Positions 1-7,475 are shown, numbered from the stretch's first letter. The stretch is DNA of 10,406 bases from Candidatus Krumholzibacteriia bacterium (GCA_036478295.1 JAZGDW010000283.1:1-10406), one strand, 5' to 3'. Numbers and translations: made by a program. Notes: generated from the letters alone by a model not told the origin.

Positions 1-60
1 CTGAAAGTGAAAAAGGAAGAGCCGATCATACCGGCTGAACTAAGGGAGAGTGTCTATTAA
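1..60 (+). CDS. 3' end of a gene running in from the left edge (LKVKKEEPIIPAELRESVY*), probably the transposase of the IS
   Basis: Frame 1 is open from base 1 to TAA at 58-60 and lies 12 nt before the putative IR. It is too short to identify directly. Confidence 0.4.
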   Translation: MKVKKEEPIIPAELRESVY

Positions 61-99
61 TTTTTGAGGCGTCTGTCCCATTGTGCTTGACGACATACA
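1..99 (+). mobile_element. Probable right end of an IS3/IS481-like insertion sequence (3' end of transposase ORF plus terminal inverted repeat at about 73-99)
   Basis: 73-99 reads CTGTCCCATTGTGCTTGACGACATACA (reverse complement TGTATGTCGTCAAGCACAATGGGACAG). This has the TGT...ACA terminus of IS481/IS3-type elements and resembles terminal repeats I recall of the form TGTNNGTCGTCAA...GGGACA. An ORF ends just upstream (TAA at 58-60) and a headless gene fragment starts right after 99. The left IR is outside the window. Confidence 0.55.
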
Positions 100-100
100 C

Positions 101-295
101 CCGCAATCGCAGTTGCTCGCGCGAATCGATAAGTTCGAGGCGGATGGTGTCGGCGAAGACTCAGACGAGCTCTTTCTGGGCTACAGTCGCCGGCCGACGA
201 CTTACACCCGGTTTCAGATAAACGTTGCCCTGCCGACCGACATCTCCGAGTTTGATAAGTATCGAATCCTTCTCTCCGGTCAGTTGAAATTCTAG
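101..295 (+). pseudogene. 3' fragment of an outer-membrane beta-barrel/porin gene (N-terminus missing, probably IS-interrupted)
   Basis: PQSQLLARIDKFEADGVGEDSDELFLGYSRRPTTYTRFQINVALPTDISEFDKYRILLSGQLKF* has amphipathic beta-strands with turns and a C-terminal Phe beta-signal (QLKF). There is no signal peptide, an in-frame TGA lies at 65-67, and the porin-like sequence begins at the putative IS end. Confidence 0.55.
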
Positions 296-389
296 GCTAT
301 GACTATCAAGTCGACAGTCCCAAAGAGAGAATGCGCGCGACGGGGCATCCAAAAAAAAGCGGCTTATCGGGAGGAACCGCGTCACCGTC

Positions 390-2693
390 ATGGCTGCTGA
401 CCCTTTGCGACCGTGGAAGCGCGCGGCATTCGTCGCCTCACTGATCATCGTCCTGACGATACCGGTCTACTTGGTCAAGGAACGCGTGGTTCGATCGCGT
501 TCGGGCGACACCGGTCCGGCCACGGCGACCTTTGTCGGTCGTGAGAAATGCGTCTCCTGCCACAGGGAGGCATACGAGAAGTGGCTGGGCTCCCACCACG
601 ATCGCGCTATGGCGGTAGCCGCCGACAGCACGGTCCTCGGCGATTTCGACGATACCGCTTTTGAACACGGCGGCATAAGCAGCCGCTTCTACCGGAAGCA
701 CGGCAAGTACTTTGTCCACACCGAGGGAGCGGACGGCGAGATGGACGATTTCGAAATCGCCTATACATTCGGTGTCGAACCGCTCCAGCAGTATCTGATT
801 CCGTTTCCCGGTGGTCGTTACCAGGCGCTCTCCATCGCCTGGGACAGCGAGCGCGGCAGGTGGTTTCATCTCTATCCGGACGAGGACATCCCGCCCGGCG
901 ACTGGCTGCACTGGACCCGAAACGGTCAGAACTGGAACGGCATGTGCGCCGAATGCCATTCCACAAATCTTCAAAAAGGTTACGACCCGGCATCGGAGAC
1001 CTTTACAACTACGTGGTCGGAGATCGACGTCAGCTGCGAGGCATGCCACGGTCCCGGCTCACGCCATGTCGAATGGGCGGAGATCGAACCGATGGGACGT
1101 CCCGCGGTAGAAAACCTCGGCCTTTTGATAAAGACCAGCGGTATCAGTTCCCAGCGGCAGGTCGAGCTGTGCGCGTCGTGTCATTCCCGCCGCACGGAGT
1201 TCGGTGACTACGACCACACGAAGATCGATCTCATGGAAAATCTCGTGCCCGCAGTGCTGCGGGAAGGGTTGTATTTTGCGGACGGCCAGGTGTTAGACGA
1301 AGTGTATGTCTATGGATCTTTTGTTCAGAGCAAGATGTACCGGAACAAGGTTCGCTGTGGTGATTGTCACGACGTCCACAGCCTGAGGCTCGTCAAAGAA
1401 GGCAACGACCTGTGCCTGCAGTGCCACCGCGCAGACGCCTACGACACCTACGATCATCACTTCCACAAGAAGATTTACGAAGGCAAACCGAGTGACGGCG
1501 CGCTGTGCATCAAGTGCCACATGCCCGAGCGCCCCTACATGGTCATCGATTGGCGGGCGGACCACAGCATGCGCGCGCCGCGGCCGGACCTTACCCAGGA
1601 GATCGGCACACCGAATTCGTGCGGACAGGGCGGGTGCCATGACGACAAAAGCGTGGAATGGTCCGTCACCCATTTCACGGAGTGGTACGGGCGTGCGCGG
1701 AAGCCGCATTATGGCCGGATCCTCCATGCGGGGCGCGAGGGAGATCCGGAGGCATACCTGCCGCTGGTTAGACTGGCGGGGGACACGCTGTATCCGGCCA
1801 TCGTGCGGGCCACAGCGCTATCGTTGTTGGGTTCGTACCCGGGTGAGGAGAGCACGCGAGCTTTCAACACGGCGCTGCAGGATGAGGATGGCCTGGTGCG
1901 TTACACGGCCGTACAAAGCGTAAACACTTCCGACCCCAGGGTGCTGGTCGATCTGGTGGCACCGCTGCTATTCGACCCACTGAAAGTGATTCGAGGGCAG
2001 TCCGCAACGCGGCTGGCGGCGCTGCCGCCCGACCTGTTGAAGCCGTATCAGAGTGAAGCGCTGCAAACGGCGTTGTCGGAATACGAGCAAGCCATGGAAC
2101 GTTCCCTCGATTTCGCCTTCGCCGGGCACAACCTCGGTAACCTCTACGCCAACCTCGGTCAACACGACAAGGCCGAGGCCTATTTCAAAACCGCGATCGA
2201 AATCGACGGGCTTTTCTACCCGCCCAAGATGAACCTCGCCGTGCTCTACAGCCAGATGGGCCGGAACAAGGAGGCGGAGGCTCTTCTCCGCGAGGTTCTC
2301 GAGGCCTATCCGGAGATGCACGACGCGGCGTACTCGCTGGCACTCCTGCTAGCGGAGATGAACCGGCATGCGGAAGCCGTCGAGTTTCTGCAGAAAGCGT
2401 TGGAGGGGATGCCTGAAGTGGCGAGGGTGCAATACAATCTTGGGCTCATCCTGCAATACCTGCAACGGGACGCGGAGGCCGAAGCGGCCCTGGCGAAAGC
2501 TCTCGCTATCGAACCGGAAAACGTCGATTACCTCTACGCCCTGGCCGATCACTACGTGAAGCGCGGACGATTCCAGGAGGCCTTGCCCCTGGCGGAGAAG
2601 ATGGTTGCCGTCCGGCCGGATGTTCCTGCGGGCCACTCGCTAAAGGCCTTTATCGAGAGGGCGTTACAGGCTCCCGTTGAAGGCTCCCGTTGA
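390..2693 (+). CDS. Membrane-anchored multiheme (8-heme) c-type cytochrome with HEAT-like and tetratricopeptide repeats, 767 aa
   Basis: N-terminal TM helix (AAFVASLIIVLTIPVYLV). Seven CxxCH motifs (CVSCH, CAECH, CEACH, CASCH, CGDCH, CLQCH, CIKCH) plus CGQGGCH. HEAT-like repeats (PAIVRATALSLL, DEDGLVRYTAV, DPLKVIRGQSA). C-terminal TPRs (HNLGNLYANLGQHDKAEAYFKTAIEID, YNLGLILQYLQRDAEAEAALAKALAIEP). GGAGG at 370-374. Confidence 0.92.
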   Translation: MAADPLRPWKRAAFVASLIIVLTIPVYLVKERVVRSRSGDTGPATATFVGREKCVSCHREAYEKWLGSHHDRAMAVAADSTVLGDFDDTAFEHGGISSRFYRKHGKYFVHTEGADGEMDDFEIAYTFGVEPLQQYLIPFPGGRYQALSIAWDSERGRWFHLYPDEDIPPGDWLHWTRNGQNWNGMCAECHSTNLQKGYDPASETFTTTWSEIDVSCEACHGPGSRHVEWAEIEPMGRPAVENLGLLIKTSGISSQRQVELCASCHSRRTEFGDYDHTKIDLMENLVPAVLREGLYFADGQVLDEVYVYGSFVQSKMYRNKVRCGDCHDVHSLRLVKEGNDLCLQCHRADAYDTYDHHFHKKIYEGKPSDGALCIKCHMPERPYMVIDWRADHSMRAPRPDLTQEIGTPNSCGQGGCHDDKSVEWSVTHFTEWYGRARKPHYGRILHAGREGDPEAYLPLVRLAGDTLYPAIVRATALSLLGSYPGEESTRAFNTALQDEDGLVRYTAVQSVNTSDPRVLVDLVAPLLFDPLKVIRGQSATRLAALPPDLLKPYQSEALQTALSEYEQAMERSLDFAFAGHNLGNLYANLGQHDKAEAYFKTAIEIDGLFYPPKMNLAVLYSQMGRNKEAEALLREVLEAYPEMHDAAYSLALLLAEMNRHAEAVEFLQKALEGMPEVARVQYNLGLILQYLQRDAEAEAALAKALAIEPENVDYLYALADHYVKRGRFQEALPLAEKMVAVRPDVPAGHSLKAFIERALQAPVEGSR

Positions 2694-2723
2694 AGGCGGG
2701 CAATGAGGGACTCACTTGAAGGC
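2668..2723 (+). repeat. 13-bp tandem repeat across the cytochrome stop codon (2 perfect plus 2 degenerate units)
   Basis: AGGCTCCCGTTGA (2668-2680), AGGCTCCCGTTGA (2681-2693), AGGCGGGCAATGA (2694-2706), GGGACTCACTTGA (2707-2719), then AGGC. Confidence 0.7.
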
Positions 2724-2750
2724 CGAGGCAGGAAATGGTAGACTTCTCGC

Positions 2751-2800
2751 AATTATCAAATCCATGTAACTAATTGATATGACAACGTTTCGCTAATCGT
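2751..2800. promoter_or_regulatory. AT-rich promoter region upstream of the Omp85 operon with an IHF-consensus site at 2767-2779
   Basis: AT-rich island in GC-rich DNA. The reverse complement of 2767-2779 is TATCAATTAGTTA, an exact match to WATCAANNNNTTR. There is also a TATCAA (2754-2759) / TTGATA (2774-2779) inverted pair. Confidence 0.4.
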
Positions 2801-2889
2801 CTGCGTGAGGAGAGCCGCCGTTGTCACGAATAAGCCCCGGCGCGTCGTCCGTGCGCAAGACCAGCAGAGAGACCGAAAGGGTAAGACGT

Positions 2890-4296
2890 ATGACAACAGG
2901 TGCGAGTACATCCGGCGGCGGCGCTCGATCACGAGATTGCCGTCGTGAGGTTAGGCAGCGCCCAAGGCGGCTGCGGACGATATTTGGCGCCGTTTTCTTG
3001 AGAGCTCTGGTGCTGTTTGTGGTCGTCGCGTTTTTTACGGGCGCTCCTTACGCTCAGACGTCGCCCGAGGAGCCGAAGCGCGAGCGCATTACCGATCGCA
3101 AGAAAGGGGAGAGCACCGGCAAGAAGATCGCCCGCTTTCCCATCCGGCTTGCGTTTTCTCCCCTGTGGGTGCTCGACCGCGGGCTTTACCACGGGATGGT
3201 GCTGGTCGACGAAAAGAACCTGGTTGCCCGGGCGATCTATCTGAAGAATGTGTTCAGGAAGTACCGCCTAACGCCGCACATCGGTGGTGCCGGTGACGGC
3301 GCCGGATTCGGCGGTGGTGTCACGTGGGTTGCCTACGGAGGTGTGGTCAAGAAGACGTGGTCAGTCTCCGGGTCGATCAACGGCTATCAGGATCACCATG
3401 TGGATGTCGATTTCCTGGATCTGTTTGGGGAAGAGCTGCGGGTCGTAACAGCCATACACTACCGGTCGAAACCGGAGGAGGACTTTTTCGGTATCGGTCC
3501 CAACAGCCGTGAGGAGAACCGCACGACCTATAACCTGGAGCAGACGGTAGTGACGCTCGACGTGGAGATTCCGATCGCGAGCGTTCTAACGGTGGCGGGG
3601 CAAGTGGAATTCTCCGACAACAACATCTACAGCGGGGAGGATGAGGCGTTTCCGTCCACGGAAGACCTTTTTACCAGTGCGGAAGTCGCCGGGCTCGATA
3701 CCGGCGCCGAGATCGTGACCGGCGATGTCGCGTTAACACTGGATCTGCGGGACCATCCTGGCGACGCCACCGCCGGCGGTCTCCTCCGTGTGTTCGCTGG
3801 TATTGGCGAAGATACCGAGGGCGATGCCTTCAACTACTGGCACTACGGCGCGGAGGTCGAGGGATTTCTCCCGCTGCTGGGATGGAGGAGCCGCTTCGGC
3901 CCAAGAAGCGTTCTGGCAGTGCGGGTCCAGGGCGATTTCTACCAGCCCCGAAACGGGGGGACGGTGCCGTTCTTCAACATGCCATACCTTGGGGGCAGTT
4001 CGACGCTCCGGGGATTCCGCGAGTTTCGCTTCTACGATCAGGACGTCGTCTTTGCCAACTTCGAGTACCGCTGGTCACTTAATTACTTAAAGTCCGACCC
4101 GCTGGTCGAAGCCGTGCTGTTTCTTGATGAAGGCCAGGTGTTTAACCGCAGCGACGATTTCGATTTTGACAGCTTCCGAGAATCATTCGGTGGAGGCATT
4201 CGGGTGGCGTTCAAGCACAACGTCTTGTTTCGTGTGGAAGCAGGTCGCAGCACCGAAGGGACACGAGTGTTTACGAAGTTCGAGTTGATATTCTAA
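2890..4296 (+). CDS. Omp85 superfamily (BamA/TamA-type) outer-membrane beta-barrel protein lacking recognisable POTRA domains, about 468 aa
   Basis: Signal peptide ending ...LVLFVVVAFFTGAPYA|Q. Omp85 loop-6 motif LGGSSTLRGFREFRFYD, then NFEYRW, LFLDEGQVF and SFGGGIRV strands, and a terminal Phe (ELIF). The ATG at 2890 follows GAAAGGG and is preferred over the TTG at 2821; the exact start is uncertain. Confidence 0.85.
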   Translation: MTTGASTSGGGARSRDCRREVRQRPRRLRTIFGAVFLRALVLFVVVAFFTGAPYAQTSPEEPKRERITDRKKGESTGKKIARFPIRLAFSPLWVLDRGLYHGMVLVDEKNLVARAIYLKNVFRKYRLTPHIGGAGDGAGFGGGVTWVAYGGVVKKTWSVSGSINGYQDHHVDVDFLDLFGEELRVVTAIHYRSKPEEDFFGIGPNSREENRTTYNLEQTVVTLDVEIPIASVLTVAGQVEFSDNNIYSGEDEAFPSTEDLFTSAEVAGLDTGAEIVTGDVALTLDLRDHPGDATAGGLLRVFAGIGEDTEGDAFNYWHYGAEVEGFLPLLGWRSRFGPRSVLAVRVQGDFYQPRNGGTVPFFNMPYLGGSSTLRGFREFRFYDQDVVFANFEYRWSLNYLKSDPLVEAVLFLDEGQVFNRSDDFDFDSFRESFGGGIRVAFKHNVLFRVEAGRSTEGTRVFTKFELIF

Positions 4297-4312
4297 CGAT
4301 GGACTCACGGTA

Positions 4313-6061
4313 ATGCGAAATAGCACCTCAGTCCTGTTACTCTTGATATTGCTCGGTGTCACCGCGCTCACGCTCGGATGCGGTTCAAACCGCCACGAGT
4401 TCAGGAAAAATATCGAAGTGGATTTTGACATGGAGGATATCCCCGAGCCCAAGACGGACCCGGCCCCGCAGTACTATGATTTCTTCGATAGAACCTTTAG
4501 CAAGCAGATCCACCAGGGCTTCGATATGCCACGCAACTTCCGCAAGATTGCCGGCAAGCCGAAACAAGCCGAAAACGTCGACGCTTTCGGCAACGTGCCA
4601 AACTCGAGCTGGTTCACCAATCGCAACGGCAAGCGAAGTAGGTCGATCGAGGAGATCAAGCGCGGGCCGGATACAGGAGACGGGCCCGCCGACGGCATGT
4701 GGACAGTCATTCGCGCAAAGACGGAGGGTGTTACACCGGGCTTTACGGTGCGCGATGGGCGTGGCGGTACCTTCGTCATAAAGTTCGATCCGCAGAGTAA
4801 TCCGGAAATGGGCACGGGCGCGGAAATTATTTCGACCAAACTCTTTTACGCAATGGGCTACAACACACCGGAGAACCGGATTGTCTTTTTCACAGCAGAC
4901 CGCCTGCGGATCGACCCCGAAGCTACGGTAACCGATCCGCTCGGCCACAAGCGGCCCATGACCCGGGACGATCTCGATGACATCCGGAGCCGTGTTCACA
5001 AGCGGTCCGATGGTATATACAGAGCGGTGGCCAGCAAGTTTCTGGCGGGCAAGCCGAAGGGCCCGTACTTATATGTCGGGACCCGCAAGGATGACGCCAA
5101 CGATATCATTCCGCACGAACACCGGCGCGAACTCCGGGGCCTGAGACTCTTCGGCGCGTGGCTGAATCATAACGATATCCGGCGCATCAACTCGCTGGAT
5201 ATGTACGTCGAAGAGGAAGGGCGGCGTTTCCTCAGGCACTATCTGATCGACTTCGGGGCGACATTGGGCAGCGCCAGCGTTCACGCCAACGTCCCTAGCG
5301 AAGGGTTGGAATATCAGTTCGATCACTGGGAAGCGCAGAAATCGCTCTACACCCTGGGCCTCTACAACCGTCGCTGGCGCGAAGCCAAAGAGCCGCAATA
5401 CCAGAGCGTGGGATACTTTGAATCCGAACTTTTCAACCCCGCCAGGTGGAAACCCAACTATCCCAATCCGGCTTTCGAGAACATGACCAACCTGGACGCT
5501 CTGTGGGCGACGAAGATCATCATGTCCTTCACAGATGAGCAAATCCAGGCAGCCGTGGAGATGGGAGAGCTCAGTGATCCCGAGGCCGCCGCGTACCTCG
5601 CCAGGATTCTCATCGAGCGCCGTGACAAGATAGGACGCCACTGGTACGGCAAGGTCAACGCGATAGACAATTTCGAACTCTCGGGGTCCGGGGCATCACA
5701 AACGCTCCAGTTTGCGGACCTCGAGGTACGCGCCGGGTTCGAGAGCCTCGCCGGGACGCAGTACCGCTACCGGCTAACCCACAATGCTTGCAAGGGAACC
5801 AAAGACATCTCCGACCAATGGATACTGGACGGCAATGGGGTAAGCGGCGTTCCGGCTATATCGCTCGAGGACGCGCTGGCGGCGGCGGCACAGGCGTGGG
5901 AGGGCGCCGGCTCCCGGGAAGAATGTGACCGGTTCTTTTATCTGACGTTCTGGACCCGCCGGGTGGCCACATCGGACTGGGGCAAATGGGCGAAAGTGCA
6001 TTTCTACTTCAATGACCCGCAGGCAGGGTTCGAGATCATCGCGGTGCAACACGAGGAATAG
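4313..6061 (+). CDS. Lipoprotein with an atypical protein/lipid-kinase-like fold (HipA/PI3K-PI4K/CotH/Fam20-like motif order), 582 aa
   Basis: SPII signal MRNSTSVLLLLILLGVTALTLG|C23. Motifs in kinase order: KTEGVTPGFTVRD (Gly loop), FVIK157FD, GAE171IISTKLFYAMGY (alphaC-like), WLNHND288IRRIN293 (catalytic loop), YLID313FG. The CDS itself is certain; the kinase call rests on motifs. Confidence 0.75.
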   Translation: MRNSTSVLLLLILLGVTALTLGCGSNRHEFRKNIEVDFDMEDIPEPKTDPAPQYYDFFDRTFSKQIHQGFDMPRNFRKIAGKPKQAENVDAFGNVPNSSWFTNRNGKRSRSIEEIKRGPDTGDGPADGMWTVIRAKTEGVTPGFTVRDGRGGTFVIKFDPQSNPEMGTGAEIISTKLFYAMGYNTPENRIVFFTADRLRIDPEATVTDPLGHKRPMTRDDLDDIRSRVHKRSDGIYRAVASKFLAGKPKGPYLYVGTRKDDANDIIPHEHRRELRGLRLFGAWLNHNDIRRINSLDMYVEEEGRRFLRHYLIDFGATLGSASVHANVPSEGLEYQFDHWEAQKSLYTLGLYNRRWREAKEPQYQSVGYFESELFNPARWKPNYPNPAFENMTNLDALWATKIIMSFTDEQIQAAVEMGELSDPEAAAYLARILIERRDKIGRHWYGKVNAIDNFELSGSGASQTLQFADLEVRAGFESLAGTQYRYRLTHNACKGTKDISDQWILDGNGVSGVPAISLEDALAAAAQAWEGAGSREECDRFFYLTFWTRRVATSDWGKWAKVHFYFNDPQAGFEIIAVQHEE

Positions 6062-6128
6062 CCCCGGTGCGGCCGGGCGCTGGCGCCCTATCGGCGCGGT
6101 GACCGCTCGGGGTTGAAAGGATACAGGG

Positions 6129-7475
6129 ATGGCAATTAGCGCTACGAAGACACCGCTGGAACGCTTTCTCGGTCTGTTTGCGGAGGTGAAACCCGGAGAG
6201 GCCGGAACGGCGCTGCTGCTCACGTTGAACATATTTCTTATCCTGATATCCTATCTCATTATGAAGCCGGTCAGGGAGGCGCTGATCCTTTCCGAGACAG
6301 GACCGGAATTCAAGGCGTACATGGCGGCGGGCATGACGTTCCTGCTCCTGTTCACCGTTCCGCTCTATGCGAAACTCGTCAGCCGCTTTTCCAGGCAATC
6401 CTTGATAAACGGTGTCACGTTCTTTTTTGCCGCGTGCCTGGTTGTATTCTGGTTACTGGCGCGTATGAAAGTTCCTCTCGGAGTCACGTTTTTTATCTGG
6501 ATCGGAATTTTCAATGTGGTCGTCATCGCCCAGTTTTGGTCCTTTGCCAACGATATTTACACGGAGGAACAGGGCAAACGGCTGTTTGCGATTATCGCGT
6601 TCGGCGCGTCGGCGGGTGCCGTCTTCGGCCCGCAAATCGCCAAAGCGTTCGTCAGAGCCATAGGACCATACGGGCTGCTGTTGACTGCCGGGGGGATCTT
6701 GCTCTTGAGCCTGTTCTTCACGAACATCGTGAATGCCCGGGAGCGCGCTCGGGAGCGCAGGCCGGAAGAAAAGGCGGAATCGAAAGAGGAACCGATCAAG
6801 AAAGGCGGTGCCTACAAGCTGGTCTTCGGGAGCCGCTATCTGCTGGCGGTCGCCCTGCTCATTCTCTTTCTGAACTGGGTGAACACGACCGGCGGGTACA
6901 TCCTGGACCGGGTCGTCAGCGAAAAGGCTGTGGAGGCGGTCGCGGCGCAACCCGGCCTAGATGAAAAGGTCTTTTATACCGAGTTTTACGGTGGGTTTTA
7001 CGGCGTTGTCAACGTCGCTGGATTGTTGATACAGCTTTTCCTGGTTTCCCGAATCCTCAAGTATTTCGGTGTGCGCGTCGCCCTGATGATCCTTCCCGTT
7101 ATCGCGCTGGCCGGATACATGTGCATCGCGTTCTTTCCCGTGTTGTCCCTCATCCGCTGGACGAAAACGGCCGAGAACGCTACGGACTACTCGCTTCAGA
7201 ATACGCTGCGTGGTATCCTGTTTCTGCCAACGACCCGTGAGGAGAAATACAAGGCCAAGCAGGCGATCGACACGATTTTCGTGCGCATCGGAGATGCGCT
7301 CTCCGGGCTGCTCGTTTTTGTGGGCACGCACCTGGCGTTCCAGACCAAACATTTCGCCATGGTGAACCTCTCGTTCGTTGTGGTGTGGTTGGGACTCGCG
7401 GCGTTCGTCGGCAAAGAATACTTGAAACTCGCGAAGAAACGCTCTGAGGAAAGGAGTGAGGAGGCCTGCGCATGA
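6129..7475 (+). CDS. NTT/TLC-family (ATP:ADP antiporter family, MFS fold) nucleotide transporter, 448 aa
   Basis: About 12 hydrophobic segments. Family motifs YLIMKPVREALIL, AQFWSFANDIYTEEQGKRLFAII and DYSLQNTLRGILFLPTTREEKYKAKQAIDTIFVRIGD parallel the NTT motifs FWGFAN..EAKRFY and YSLFD..KEMAYIPL..K.KGKAAIDV..R.GK. RBS GAAAGGA at 6115-6121. Confidence 0.85.
   Translation: MAISATKTPLERFLGLFAEVKPGEAGTALLLTLNIFLILISYLIMKPVREALILSETGPEFKAYMAAGMTFLLLFTVPLYAKLVSRFSRQSLINGVTFFFAACLVVFWLLARMKVPLGVTFFIWIGIFNVVVIAQFWSFANDIYTEEQGKRLFAIIAFGASAGAVFGPQIAKAFVRAIGPYGLLLTAGGILLLSLFFTNIVNARERARERRPEEKAESKEEPIKKGGAYKLVFGSRYLLAVALLILFLNWVNTTGGYILDRVVSEKAVEAVAAQPGLDEKVFYTEFYGGFYGVVNVAGLLIQLFLVSRILKYFGVRVALMILPVIALAGYMCIAFFPVLSLIRWTKTAENATDYSLQNTLRGILFLPTTREEKYKAKQAIDTIFVRIGDALSGLLVFVGTHLAFQTKHFAMVNLSFVVVWLGLAAFVGKEYLKLAKKRSEERSEEACA

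Noticed and set aside
83..295. 70-aa ORF as an intact small gene
   Set aside because: Its GTG start lies within the putative IS terminal repeat, with no RBS or signal peptide; better explained as a truncated beta-barrel tail.
351..358. A8 homopolymer upstream of the cytochrome as a phase-variation tract or reverse-strand terminator
   Set aside because: Short and intergenic, with no convincing adjacent stem on the required side and no evidence of length variation from one sequence.
161..448. 95-aa - strand ORF
   Set aside because: Overlaps both the porin remnant and the cytochrome start on the opposite strand; no recognisable features.
2668..2723. CRISPR array or terminator
   Set aside because: Units are 13 bp and contiguous with no spacers; there is no hairpin plus U-tract.
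2821..2889. TTG start extending the Omp85 ORF to 491 aa
   Set aside because: It adds an Arg/Ser-rich segment to an already long signal n-region; the ATG at 2890 has a plausible RBS. Not fully excluded, since GAGGAG occurs at about 2807-2812.
2890..4296. Calling this gene bamA or tamA
   Set aside because: Too short, no POTRA array, and not in the bamA (rseP/skp/lpx) or tamB context.
4313..6061. Calling the kinase HipA (toxin-antitoxin) or a Hanks-type Ser/Thr kinase
   Set aside because: It has a lipoprotein signal, no adjacent HTH antitoxin, and no GxGxxG, HRDLKPxN or APE motifs; only fold-level similarity is supportable.
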